From: the human T2T-CHM13v2.0 reference genome, Homo sapiens
NCBI RefSeq assembly: GCF_009914755.1
Contig: NC_060936.1
Strand: one strand, 5' to 3'
Length of the DNA stretch: 64,000 nt
The position numbers were made by a program, and so were the translations under genes. The notes beneath the pieces are model-generated. The model had not been told where the DNA came from. It did not search any database and saw nothing but the letters and a program-made list of their open reading frames with translations. Shown in pieces: positions 27,701 through 41,995 of this stretch (positions are counted from its first letter, which is position 1; every line of letters starts with the position of its first letter).

Positions 27701-30700
27701 ACGTCATTGTTTTTTGAGGGCGCTGTGAAACATCCATTTTCCCCCAACATTCATATCCAAGTCAGATGCCTGGCCTTGCTGGCAAAGACAATGTGCCTTA
27801 GAGTTCTTGATTTTATTTTGCTTTCCCGTTGGCGTCTGGAAGAAGACAGCCGTCGACTCTCTAACACCCTCTCGGGGCCTGCCGGCACTCATCGTCTCTG
27901 AAACTCGGCCTCTCACCCCCTTTACGTTCACCTCATTCTTCCCCTTCACCGCCTCCCTTGCAGTCCCAGCAACCAGCTATGCCTTTTCTAGCAGTCATTA
28001 CAGGGAGCTTGGTGGGGGACAGAGAATGACCAGCCCCCAGCAATGTAAGGGCCCCCCAAGGAACAGACTAGAACAGACAAGTTTCTGTTATTTACCGGCC
28101 CGGATGTGTGAATTCTTTTCCATCCTCTCGCAGGCCCCCCTATTGCTTCTCAAATTACAAAACAAATGATGAGAATAAACATAAATAGAGAAAATAAAGC
28201 CCTCTGACTCTATATAAAAAGGATGTGGCACATCAGGGCTGTGACAGGGAACAGACATCAGAGATCTCTGCGGCCAGATCTCCCCAAAGCCAACTGTGTT
28301 TCATTCTGGTCGGCAGAAGGTTAACATCTGTCCTTACCTGCTCAGGTGTGCTGGAGGAAGGTGGGGCAGAGTTTAGCATTCAGATGGGAGACCCTGATTC
28401 CAGCAGTTACACTCTGCCAGTCTGATACCGAGATTGGTGGGGGGTCCTGTTGCCATCTCGCTGGTCAGGGAGGGGAACATGGGAAGACAGGGAATAGGCA
28501 GACCCAGCCAGGGATCAGGTCATATGAGCACAGAGGGGAGAAGCCTCAGGTCCACCTCAGGCTCTTAGCTGCAAAATCCATCTCACACAAGTCATAAATG
28601 TCTTTGGTTCTTCAAGGCAAGAGAAGGGACTAGGATCTAGCTAGAATTTGTCCATGGAGCAAGTCTGGAAGGAAGAGAGTGTCTACATGGAGAAGGGGCA
28701 TGAATCTCAGGTCTAAAAGCCTCTCCCATGTTGTGGCTTCAGAAAAGCCAAGCCAGGCCTTTGGTTTGACTCCAAGAGCCAAGAAGGCATCAGTGATGCC
28801 GAGAACCCTTCCTTCGCCTTTTAGAACAGAGCTCAGCTTGGTCTGGAAACTCCCCAGAATGAGGTTACCTTTGACTCTCCTTTGACTCCAGGAATCAGAG
28901 CTGAATCGGCCCCACATCTTCACAGCTGCACATGCCCTCTCCCTGGTCAGCTTAGACCCTCTATCTCATCTTCCTTCTAGCCCAACTGACTTTCTTCTGA
29001 GGCCATGTGGGAGCCCCCAGGTGATGAGGGAAATCCAGGCCATGTTTTAAGCCTCTGAGTTCAGCTTACATAATTTTAATACTGCATAATTATGCAATTA
29101 TGTAATTAAGAGGAATAAGTTTCCATTCCTATTATAGTCGTGCCTCTGAAAATTCTCCTTTTTGGAGCCAGTCTCTCCTGATGGAGAAAGTCACGCCGAG
29201 GCTTTATTTAAGAGCTCCTCTGGCTGGTGCCCAGCTCACCTCCTGCTCGCGCCTGTGCTCGGCGTCCCCCAGCCGTGAAGCAGATGAGGCGGCATGCTTC
29301 TAGAAATGGGCAGCATTAGCACGAAGTCCCGCCAAACCCATCCCTCCCAGAATGCTCAGATACTTGAGTGTGGGGTTTTGAAAAGGGCCTGTTTGGGGAG
29401 TCCAGTGACCTGGGCTCAAATTCTAGCTGCGCCATTCACTTGCTGTGTGACCTTGAGCAGGCTAGCCCCTCTTGGGACCTCAGTTTCCCCTTCTGTAAAC
29501 TCAAGGAACTGAGAGATGGTTTCTGAGAGGTCCCATCCAGAACTAATGTTTCCTGAACATGGACCAGAGGTCTCCCGCCATCACATTTTTATTTAGTCTG
29601 TAAAGTCTTTCGAACTTTACGGTGGGTTGCCAATATTTAGCATCTCAGATGATTTCACCTAAAAACTGGATTTCCGGTGCCTTTTGAGAATATTTGGTAG
29701 ATTGTGCAACCCAGAGGTTCCGTGCTCATGCTGCCGTCATAAGCTAGAGCAGAGCACGCCACCCCATCGGTGGGGGTTGCATTGTCCCAGCCTCCCTCGT
29801 AGCTGCTTCCTGCCTAGCCTGGTAGGCATTTGAGTTCACCACCTGTGACCCAGATTCTCAGAAGTTTCCTTATCCATGGCTCAGCCTCGCACCCATGGCC
29901 CCTTATGGTCAAGTCTACTAGGACTGTGTCTCCCCTGAAGGTCCCCAACATACATCAGTCTATCAATCAGTGGCTCAGGAAAGCCCTGGGGACCTAGAAT
30001 CAGGGGCAGGAGCAACACAGTGTTATTTGCATAATGAAGGGGTTTATTCTTTACCTGCCCATAAGTCTTCAACCCATCTCTTCCTTTTCTGCTCTGTCTG
30101 GGGCAACCCCTCCCCACCCTATCTAGTCCCTCAGTGCCTCCCATGGGGATTACTGGTAATTGTGGCTGATTGTGATGGGGGAGTCACACCAGCAGATCTC
30201 ACAGGAAACTGGAGGATTAGGGTTGGAGTCTCGGGACACATGGTTCTTAAGGTTTCCCTCTTACGTGCCGGGGAGAAGAATACATAGGAGTTTGCCAGGC
30301 TAGCCCAAGTTGCTGGGAACCTCAGGTCACTTATGAAAGCCAGGAAATTAGAGTCTGGAAATAGGAGGCTCAGGGTGGCTGTGACAAACCTCCTCTGAAG
30401 ACAGCCCACGTCCATAGAGTTCCTCAGACATTTGCAGAGCTCGAATGGGGTATAAACCCAGCCTAGACTGCAGAAACTGCACGTTCTGGTGAGGAAGGAG
30501 AGTCAGTTACACAAGTGGCATTGCTAAAATGCAAAAGGCAGTCTTTGCTGGAGAGGTGGCTACAGGGTAGGGTCACGGAGACCTTGCAACCTGAAAGAGG
30601 CAGCCCCGGGCGACACCTTGAAGGGCAGAAGGTTTTTAAGGAAGGGCTTTCATGTAGTGCTGAGCATGGAGAATTGGGGTTACCTCTCCAGCCCCCACCC

Positions 30701-31065
30701 CACTCCAAAGTGTGACCTGGGATGGACCACCTATCTCACAAGATATTTCGCATAAAAGACCATTCTATGATCACATTCATTTGAGAAACGCCACTTCCTT
30801 TGTCTTCTGGAAATTCCCAACATGCATTATATGAAAGACTCCAGAAAGTCCTGCAGGAAAGAAACCCCTTGGACTTGACGTTTCCCAGTCTGGTGTGGCT
30901 TGGTACCCCTGTTTGCGTGTGTCCCTTGTGAAATCCAATGGAGTTCAGGCCCCACGGGACATGCTTGGGAAATGCTGAGCCAGGGACAGCAGCGAGCTAC
31001 AAGCAGGGGCCACGGGGGCGTCCCACCTGGCACTGTAGTGAACTCTTTGCTGATCTCTTTTTCAG

Positions 31066-31113
31066 GAAATCAGAGAGATGGTGGCTCCTGTATTAAAAAG
31101 CTTCCAAGCCGAG
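31066..31113 (+). CDS. CUX2: CUX2 coding exon 3 (48 nt, phase 0-0): [16 protein letters not shown]
   Basis: Acceptor ctctttttcag|GAA and donor GAG|gtaaga; continues the exon 2 frame exactly; matches the CUX2 sequence. Confidence 0.97.
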
Positions 31114-31406
31114 GTAAGACCCAGGGCCCACAGCATGTCAGAAAAGTGCCCCCAATGGCTCCCCCTCCTATCCCACCTAGAGTTGCCCAGGGGGGCCAGC
31201 AGCCTCCAGAAGCTTTGGAGAAGCTTCCCTGTCCCCATTGCAAACTCTGTGCCCTTCCCTCTGGTCTCCCATCCGAATGGTATAGTAATGAGAATTGGTT
31301 CTCTGTTCATTTTGACAGAATTCAAGTCTGATCCCAAGAAATCTCCCTCTCCCTCGACTTTGCCCAGCCTTACAATGGCTCTGCTACATGTGAGATCTGT
31401 GACCTT

Positions 31407-31724
<318 letters not shown>

Positions 31725-33039
31725 CTATGACCTTGAACAAACCTACCTCACCTTCCAGCCTTGGTTTCCTATTTTTAAAATCAGAGGTTGGTACTAGATG
31801 ACCTTTGCCCTCTCTTGGCATTCTGCTGTCCTTTGATTCTCTGAGGCAGCCTTGCAGATAAGTCCACACAGTTACCAGCCCAACCAGAAATTCTTTGCAC
31901 CAGCCCACTCTTTGAGTATAAAAGTGACATTGTCCACATTCTTTCCTGCCGACCCGCTGAGCCCTAGTTCCTTTGCTGTCCTCAGTAAATAATTTCTCTT
32001 GCTTTTTGGAAGCCCTGTGATCAGGGTGAACCCCCGCCCCACCCCGCCCATTTCTCCTCTTTGCTTGACTTCGTAACCAAGAGTCTGATAATGTCCACTT
32101 GTCTGGCTGGCACAGGAGGCAGGCCAAGAAAAGACTGGAATCATGTGGGTCCAGGGATTTCTAAAGCGTTCCATCTTGAGGGGGCTCTTCTCAGGCTTCC
32201 CTGGACTCAGGCAGGACCCCAGAAGGATTGGCCGTACTCGGATCTCACCAGAGGGGATGCATTTTAAGTCTGTCATCCACCAAGCGCCACATTACTTTAA
32301 ATCTGTCTCTTTGGAACCACATAAGCACATAAGGCAATATTAAAGTAAACAATAACTGGATTTACACAAATGTCGCTGATTTCCATATTTTTCATCCTTT
32401 CATTTTATTACCTAGTTGACTGATGTGCTTATTTATTTATAGGGCCATCCAGTATTGGTTCATTTGGTTGCAAGGTGCCTGGGCTTGGAAGAAAAAAACT
32501 AGACAGACCAATAATGTTAGGAACTTTGTGTTCCTATATAATGTCATGACTTTGTGTTACAAAAAAAAAAAAAAATAGAGGTTCCCATCTACCAACTCCT
32601 AGTCCCAGGAGAGCTGCTCAGCACACAAGCTCCCTATAGCAGCTGATCCCTCTGCCCAATCCAAAGACAGGCATTCAGCTGTTTGTAGAGAGCATCACTT
32701 TCTCAGCTGTTTCCTTGCTTGAGTTGGTGTGAACAGAGCATCCCTTGGCCTCTTAGAGCCTCAGTTTTCCCTATCTGTTAAATGGGAGTATAAAGACACT
32801 GACAAGTCTTTTCATGTTGTTTTGAGGATTAACTGAGATCTAATGCAGGGAAAGGGTTTAATGTAATGTCTGACACACGAAGAGCTGTTAGCGGGTGAAG
32901 AGTACAGATGCTGGAGCCAGCCTGGGTTGGAATCCCACCTCTCCCACTTACTAGCTGTGTGATCTGAGGTGAGCTACTTAACCTCTCTGTGCCTCCATTT
33001 CCTCATCTGTAAAATGGAATAATAATTATACATATTTGA

Positions 33040-33334
33040 GGCCCGGCAGTGGCTCACCCCTGTAATCCCAGCACTTTGGGAGGCCGAGGAGGGTGGATCA
33101 CTTCAGGTCAGGAGTTCGAGACCAGCCTGGCCAACATAGTGAAACCCCAACTCTATTAAAAATACAAAAATTAGCCAGGTGTGGTAGTGGGCACCTGTAA
33201 TTCCAATTACTCAGGAGTCTGAGGCAGGAGAATCACTTGAACCCAGGAGGCGGAGGTTGCAGTGAGCCAAGATCACGCCACTGCATTCCAGCCTGGACGA
33301 CAGAGCAAGACTCTGTCTCAAAAAAAAAAAAAAA
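33040..33334 (+). mobile_element. AluSx-like inserted in a MIR
   Basis: TSD aattat(a/g)catattt. Confidence 0.94.
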
Positions 33335-33784
33335 TTATGCATATTTCACAGGGTGAGATTGAGGAAGAACAAAGTTAACACTGATGAAGTGCTTAAAATA
33401 CTGCCTTGCATATGAGAAGTCTTGGATATTTTATTCCTATGAGCAGTGACCTCCAGTACAGGTTTACTGGGTCTCTAGTATGGCTGAGCTGCCATCTGCC
33501 ACTTTCCTAACTAGGTGTTGAAGGCTTTTTATCTCAAAGATGGGTTTCAGGGTTTTTTTTCCTGTAGGAAGTGGGTATGACTTATGTTATCTTTTCAATA
33601 GGAGAAATCCTAGGTTTGGGTGATGTTCGGGAGAAGACCTGACTGAAGCATGGTAGAAAATACATGCAAATCTGACTCAGGCCTGGTCAAAACCTCAACT
33701 CTGCTCCTAAACCAGCTGTGTGGCCTTGGGGAAATTCCTTAACCTCTCTGAACTTCAGCTTTCCTCCTCTGGCAAATAAGGCTA

Positions 33785-34136
<352 letters not shown>

Positions 34137-35029
34137 GGAAAAAGGATTCAAACACTTCAGCAGCATGGAGGCAGTCCCAGGGTCTGGCACACCGTTGGTG
34201 CTCAGTAAATACTAGGACAGAGAAAGTCTTAGGCCAAAAGGAAAGACAAAGCAGAATTCTCATTTTCAAAACCCATGTGGCATATTGAATAGATGCTGCT
34301 TTAATAGCTGGAGACCTTAAAGAACTTTGTTAATTTTCTTAAGAGGGCTTTCCATCGTCCCTTTAATGTACCAAGAAGACTACATTTGTCTGGAATTTTA
34401 TTCCCGAAACCCCTGCTTTTCTCGTGATCTATTGACTAAGCCATTGTGGCCTCTGTGTCCTCCTTGTGCCTCAGGGGAGAGACGCTGCCAAAGGAAGGTG
34501 TTAATAAAAAGCATCTTCTTCGTCCAGAAAAAGCTGCACATGCACAGGCCATTTATAATCCAAATTTGATTTTCATTTTAATTTTTTTAATGAGGCCTCA
34601 TCCTTTATGCCGCTGTCCTCTTGCAATCCACCAGGCTCTGGGCTGGCACTGCGATTCCCAAGTGGGTATTAATCACCTCCTGGAAATATTCCCTGGAGCA
34701 AATACCATCCCAAGTCACATAAACTAGCCCATAAAACGCCAGGGCAGAATATCATGCCCGTCATTCCTTCTTCCCAGTGCAGGCCTTTCCTTGAAATATA
34801 CCATGTTCAGTTTCATGGTAAGTACCATGAAATATACCATGTTCAATAAAATATACCATGTTATTCCTGAATTTTGCTTCACCAGCCCTGGTGTGTTCAG
34901 AATCTGGGCATACTTCTTATCTTTTTATATTATATATGTGTGGGTCTCTTTTCTTTCTTTCTGTGTGTGTGTGTGTTTGTGTGTGTGCGTGCCGGTGGGA
35001 GGGGGTGGAGAGGAAGTGAATTTGCCCTG

Positions 35030-35560
35030 CTGTGAATCAAGGAAGCTTCTCTGTCTGCCTTGATTGCTTAAAGGACAGTTTAGATTTCTCCTGTTCAGGG
35101 AAACAAAGACAGCCAGAGAAGGTGGCTTAATGGAGACAGCTTGAAATGGCCAAAGTTTGAATATCCTTGCGTACAGAGAAAAGAGCAAGACGAAAGCCTC
35201 GCTAATTATAAAAGTTGCTTTATGAAAGATAATTCAAAGCAATAATTTAGCAAACATAATCAAGTCGCACAGATGGGGTTGTTGATGGATGGATTGCAAC
35301 ATGCAATTAGCAGTTCTCGCAGTTACATATCATTAACCCTCCGAGCACAAAAATTATTTTCTCATTATTAGTTGAAAAGGTAAAATTAAGCTGACTAGAC
35401 AGTAAAGGAACAAACTACAATTAATTACCTTCATTTATTACAGTCATTATTTTAAACTTATTTTTACTTGGAGGGAGACATGAAAACATCTAAATTAAAA
35501 GTTTTGTTATGCTAACTCGGAGGTGAAACTTTTCTGAAGCGCGTGTGCACTGTCCCAGCT
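35030..35560. promoter_or_regulatory. Candidate intronic enhancer
   Basis: TE-free, dense TAAT/TAATTA, CAGATG at 35270, retained CpGs. Confidence 0.55.
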
Positions 35561-36544
35561 TGAAAGACCACAGGGCCACTGTTGGGAGATTTTCTTTTTC
35601 TCTGCCGCCTTTTTCTTCCACCATAAAGGGGATGTGGCCTGTATGGTGGAAAACCTTTTGGGTTGGATTGGAACAGAGACATTCACCTGGGCCTGATTGA
35701 AACACAGTAGTTTGGAGACCAAGTGGGCTGACCTGGCCTCTGACACCCAGGAGAGGTTAGACACCTGTGGTCTGAGCCCCACCCTCACACTGACAAGCTT
35801 ATGTGACCTTGGCGAGTGACTTTATGTCTCTGAGCCACTGTTTCCTCATCTGTAAATAGGGTCAGCTCATAGGATTGCATGAGATTCAGTGACATTCTGT
35901 GTGTCAAGTGGCCAGTGAGTCACTTGTTGTCACCATGGTGGGCGTGCATGGTTGTGTGGGACTGAGAACGTTCTCCCTCTAATCACTCAGGGTCTGGGGG
36001 AATTCGTGTGGCATGATCACCTTCTAGGAGCTTAGAGAAGGGGGTAAAGATGCATTAGATCATCACTTGAGCCCATGTAATCATTTAGTCACCTCAACAA
36101 GCATTTATTGAATAGCTGCTGCATACTAGGCAGGGTTCCAGATGCTGGCCCAGTGATGGTCACAACCCAGTGGTCACCTCGCCTCCTTTTGGTATGAGGG
36201 AGAGCAAGCATTTTTGCAGTACCCGGAAGAAGGACTTCCCAAAGGAGACAAGGCCACCCTTCTATTGGCAGCGTGCAGGTCCGCTCAACAGATCCTTGTG
36301 GAGAACCTTCTATGTCCCAGGCTCTGTGTGAGGACTGTTGCAGATCCAAAGATGGTGAGACACCATCCCTGCCCTCAAGGATGTCCCTAGGATTCCGCAT
36401 GGAATCCTTTAAAGAAAGAAAAAGAAAAAATGTCTGTAGGAGCCAAGTCCCTGTGATTCTGAAATAATGTCCAGAAGCCCAAGGGAGGCCGTCGGTTCCA
36501 TCCCAGAGGTTCTATTTGTTTGCTGCGCTTCACATTGACACCCT

Positions 36545-36945
36545 GCCCCGATGACAGCCACGGCAGTATCTCCATCCCATGCACATCTGCCGTGTGTCCC
36601 TGCATTCCCCTGCCAAGAGATGGAGTCTGTGTCTCCATCCTTTGAATCTGGGCCTGTGCCTACTTTGACCAGTAGAACATGGTGGAGGTGACACTGTGCC
36701 ATGATCCAGCATAGCCTTTAGCCTACCTGCTGGCTCTCCCCACCACATCTCTCCAAACCCATCCTTTATGTGAGAAGTGTGACTACCTGGAGACCACCCT
36801 GCATGGAGAGGTTCTGGGGGATAAGACAGCACATGGCGGAGAGGCCAGGAGTGCTGAGGTACCAGACTGGAGTCAGGGGCCATGGTGGACATCCAACCCA
36901 GTCAAGCCGTCAGATGACTGCAGCCCCAACTGCCATCTGACTGTG
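36545..36945. mobile_element. MLT1-type (MaLR) LTR remnant
   Basis: ccctgccaagagatggagtctgtgtctccatcctttgaatctggg and cagatgactgcagcccca motifs. Confidence 0.65.
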
Positions 36946-38075
36946 AACACCTGGTTCATTCGCACCTCAGGGTGTCAGTGCTTGCCATGCCCTCTGCCTG
37001 AAATTCTCTTCCCTGCACCATCTCTTTGCTGGATGAACTCCTTTCAAATGTCAGGTCCTGGGGGAGTAGGGAACCCTCCCTGACCACCCTGACCCTCCAT
37101 CAACCCTGGAGCCCCTGGCATTCACTGGTGCTTAGCATCATCTGTCTTTATGCATCTGCCTAAAGCTAATGGCTTGAGACTACTGTAAGGACTTTGACTG
37201 CAACTCTGAATAAGGTGGGAGTCATGGGAGGCTTTAGAGCAGAGGAGGGACCAGCTCTGACTCAGATTTTAACAGGATCCCTCTGGCCACTAATCTGATA
37301 ACATGGGGGCCCTGGTCTCTCAGAGATGACCGAGAGGACAGACCATTCCCCCGTCCTCCCTGCCCCAGGCCCAGATGCTTTCTGAGACACTGAGATTTTT
37401 CTGATTCTCCCACCAAGACAATCGTCGGTGGGGAAGGGTAGTCCTAACCTTGGAGAAGACCTTTCTAGTGGGTCACTTCCTGTGCTTGCAGCCAGGCTTC
37501 CTGAGAGGGGAGTGGAGGGTTTCCTCACAGTTGAGATCACCCAAGATGTGCACATCCCTCCCTGCTCTGGCCCCGAGCCCCCACCCAGCCCCATGTGCTG
37601 CGTCCTTCTTTGGTTCCTGTGCCCCCCTTCTGCTCCGTGTCTGCCTGCAAACTCTTGCTCTTCCGTTTGAGCTGAAATTTAATTACAGGGCTTTTTTTTT
37701 TTTTTTTTTTTTGCCTTTTAACGTTATTTGCTCTTCCAGCTGTCTTTGATGGCATAATTCTCTCACTCCCTAAACTACCCTTTTCCCTGGCACTCCTGGC
37801 ACTGGTATGACTATCCCTTTGTAAACAGGGCCCCCTTAGAACCACAACAGATGTTAGATGCGTGCAGTTCTGACAGCAGGGGAGGGCAGGGAGCAGGGGA
37901 GGCCAGGGAGCAGTGGCCTTGCTGGCCGGTGAGGCCACCCTGGGGGATGAGCAGTAGGGGCAACTGTGGGTTTTAGGGCCAAATTGGCTCAGGCTTACAT
38001 TTTAGATCGTCTGTTTCCTGGCTGTGTGACCTTGGGCAAGGCACATAACCTCTCTGGGTTTCACTTTCCTCTGCT

Positions 38076-38444
<369 letters not shown>

Positions 38445-39040
38445 TGAAACTGAGCACATCATGTTTATCCCTCCCATGAGCCCCATGATGAAGTTTCTGC
38501 TCCTACCCATTGCTCAGGTGAGGTGACTGAGGCTCAGCCCGCAGCCCCTGATGGTGAGTGGGAACTCGGGCAGGGACATCAGCTGGCAAGGTTTATCCAT
38601 CACTTAGCGGGATGCCTGTTGTGTCACCTCCTCTCAGCAACGCAGCCAGGAAGGCACAGCTGGTATTGTCCCCTTTTATAGGTGTAAAACTGGGGCTCAG
38701 AGAGGTCAAGTGACTTGCCTGAGCTCACACAGCGGTTCATCAGCTGAACAGAGAGCAGAAGATGCAAACCTCAGCTTGGAGGGCCAAACGGGCCCCTTGA
38801 GGGGTCTGGGGGTGCAGAAGGAGCTGAGGATGGTGATTCTAGATTTAGGGACCCAGCTGGAGATCTGCAGGTGGTTAGGGCCAGAAAGGAGCTCATCACT
38901 CAGCCAGGCCCATGCCTTTTAGATGTTTCTTTGCTGAACTGTTCTTTCAGGCAGAATCTGCCAGGAAAGCCCGCCGCATACAAAGAGCTGTGATTCGAGC
39001 CCAAGTCTGTGTATCCAGCCCAGAACTTGGTACATAATAA

Positions 39041-39455
<415 letters not shown>

Positions 39456-39519
39456 TGATGGTGCATGCTCCTTGGCTGCCCATAACCAAGTCTTGCCCCT
39501 CTGGAAGTCTGCCCTGCCC

Positions 39520-40110
39520 AGCTTGGGGTAAAACTTAACGATGAACTGAATGAACATCCTTCCGAATTTAATATTAAGAACCCACCAAAGCATTATTGAA
39601 CCTGTCACGCCATATTACAACCAAATTAAGAACCAGCAGCAATCCTCTTTCATTCAGTATTATATGCCTTATAAAGTAAATTATTAATGCTTTTTTCCCC
39701 CCAGTTAAGTAGTTATTTGCAGTTGTTCCGGGTATTTCTCATTAGAAATAACATCATCTAAAGAACGATATTGACTGATTTTTTTAATCTTGGAGTCATG
39801 GACGTGAACCACATATTTATATGACATTCCCTTTAACTAGAATTCTCGCGCTTTATTTTTATATTATTGATCTTTTTGACACGAATTGCTTTTTGGCCTT
39901 GTGCGAATGTTGTAAGCTTTCCGCCTGCAGAGGAATGGGCTGGCGTCTGGGCCGGGCTGGGAAGAGTGATCGCTCCAGCCGCGTGGCAGTAACATTCCCG
40001 CACATTTAACAACAATTAGTCTGTGCCGACGCCATGGTAGGCTTTCGTGTATGAAAATTTACAAGGCTTTTAATGGACTGCATTATGGAAGGCCGTGCGG
40101 GGCCAGTCGG
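39520..40110. promoter_or_regulatory. Candidate intronic enhancer
   Basis: About 600 bp TE-free and AT-rich yet with many CpGs; TAAT clusters; ATTGATC at 39866. Confidence 0.55.
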
Positions 40111-41459
40111 TGGGGAGATAAGGCCGCTGGGCGTGCATCCATCTCATGGCTCAGTCGGCCCAGTGTCTCTCAGTGCTCACGTCTGCCTCCTGGGAGGTGG
40201 GAGACACAAGATGGAAGCTACCGCAACAGCCCCACCGACACCAGCATAGGTCTTGTAGCCACTCTTGCAGTCCTGCATTTATCTGGTCAGTAGATGTTTG
40301 TTGAGCACCTACTAGGTGCCAGGTGTGGCGCTAGATGCAGGGGCTGAGGTGGTGAACATTACTATTTACTCATGCGTTCAGGAAGGATTTGAGTACCGAC
40401 TGGGTGTCAGGAGCGGCACTGAATTCCGGGGGTGAAAGGGTGAGTGCAAATTCCTCATTCATCTGGAGCCTGTGGCAGTGGAGAAGTGACTTAAGCCTAG
40501 AGTCGCCTGGAGCTGGGTTCAAATCGCAGCTCGTTGCCCATTGCCAGGTTCTTCAGTGAACCTCAGTTTCCTTGTCTGTAAAATGGGGACCTACCTCCTA
40601 GGGAGGCTGGCAGGATTCGGTGCAGATCAAGAACTTGATGCAGAGTAAAGAGGATCGTGGTGATTCAGTGTTGCTACCAGCTGAGCTCTGGACACTCTCT
40701 CTGTTCTCTCCAAAACCTAAGGTTCCAGGCGTACATCCCGCCTTCCCATTGGGCTGCAGTCCTCATAGCTTCTGGGGTTGGGGCAGCCTTGTGTCCCCCT
40801 CCTGCGCACTCTGGCTTTCTCCTATATTTTCTTGTTGGAAAACCAGCCAGGGCAGCCAGCTGGGGGCAGGGAGTGATGGAGGCTCCCCTAGAGGGCACAC
40901 CCCCACCCCAGGGGCCAGCCCTCTTCTCCCCAAGTGCCCTCACCCCTCCAACCAGCTCCCCTAGAGCACACCCCTGCCTCCCTCCAGAGACCTTTATTTC
41001 GCAGCATGTATTTGGCACCTGTTGTATACAAGGGTGAGTGCCAGCCTTCAGGGATGTGGCAACAGGTGGCCCCAGATACCTTTCCTGTCCTCACAGCACA
41101 CATGGCCTCATGGGAGAGACAGATGGACCCACACACCCCTACACAGCGCCAGCGGCAATCACGTTACGGTTGAGTTTCACAAGGTCAGGATATGGGGATG
41201 GGAGAGAGTCACCAGCCCACCCATTCCTTCATTGAGAAATGCTTTCTGGAGCCCCACTATATGCAGACCCTGTGCAGTGCCCTGGGGATAGGCAGGGAAC
41301 AAGACACATGCTCCTGTCTCTAAGCTAAAAGTACAGTGAGGGACATGCATACTTACATCATGCACAGGAGTTACCTCAAAGATAGTATAGCACAGTGGTT
41401 AGGAGTGTGGTTCTGGAACCAGACTGCCTGGGTTCAACTCCCCATTTTGCTACTTATTA

Positions 41460-41995
41460 TAGTCATCCCTCAGTATATGCAGGGGATTGGTTCCAGGACC
41501 TGCCCCATACCCAAAACCATGCAAGTCCCCCTGCATATAGGAAAATCCGGCTCTGCATATATGCAGGTTTCACATCCAGTGAAAACTATGGTGTGTGTGT
41601 GTGTGTATAATTTCCTGAGACAGAGTCCCGCTCTGTCTCCCAGGTTGGAGTGCATTGTTGCAATCTCGGCTCACTGCAACCTCCACCTCCCAGGTTAAAG
41701 CGATTCTCCTGCCTCAGCCTCCTGAGTAGCTGGGATTACAGGCCCGTGCCACCATGCCTGGTTAATTTTTTTATTTTTAGTAGAGACAGGGCTTCACTAT
41801 GTTGACCAGGCTGGTCTCGAACTCCTGACCTCAGGTGATCCACTTGCCTCGGCCTCCCCAAGTGCTAGGATTACAGGTGTGAGCCACTGTGCCAGGCCTT
41901 AAAAACTATGTTTTTTATTGCATTTGGTTGAAAAAAAAATTCTGTGTGTCAGCAGACCCGCACAGTTCAAACTTACGCTGTTCAAGGGTCAACTG
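41460..41995 (+). mobile_element. MER8 (Tigger-derived) element, interrupted by an Alu and itself inside a MIR
   Basis: agtcatccctcagtatatgcaggggattggttccaggacc ... gttcaagggtcaactg with TA flanks. Confidence 0.75.
41591..41898 (-). mobile_element. AluS-like with (TG)n in place of its tail
   Basis: TSD aaaactatg at 41582 and 41902. Confidence 0.93.

Noticed and set aside
34156-34176. Second RE1-like sequence TTCAGCAGCATGGAGGCAGTC
   Set aside because: Mismatch in the left core, broken right half-site, and it lies in MIR-derived sequence.
38490-38523. AG|GT recursive-splice-like sites (38517; also 17821, 57823)
   Set aside because: Weak pyrimidine tracts or donors, mostly within old repeats; expected by chance.
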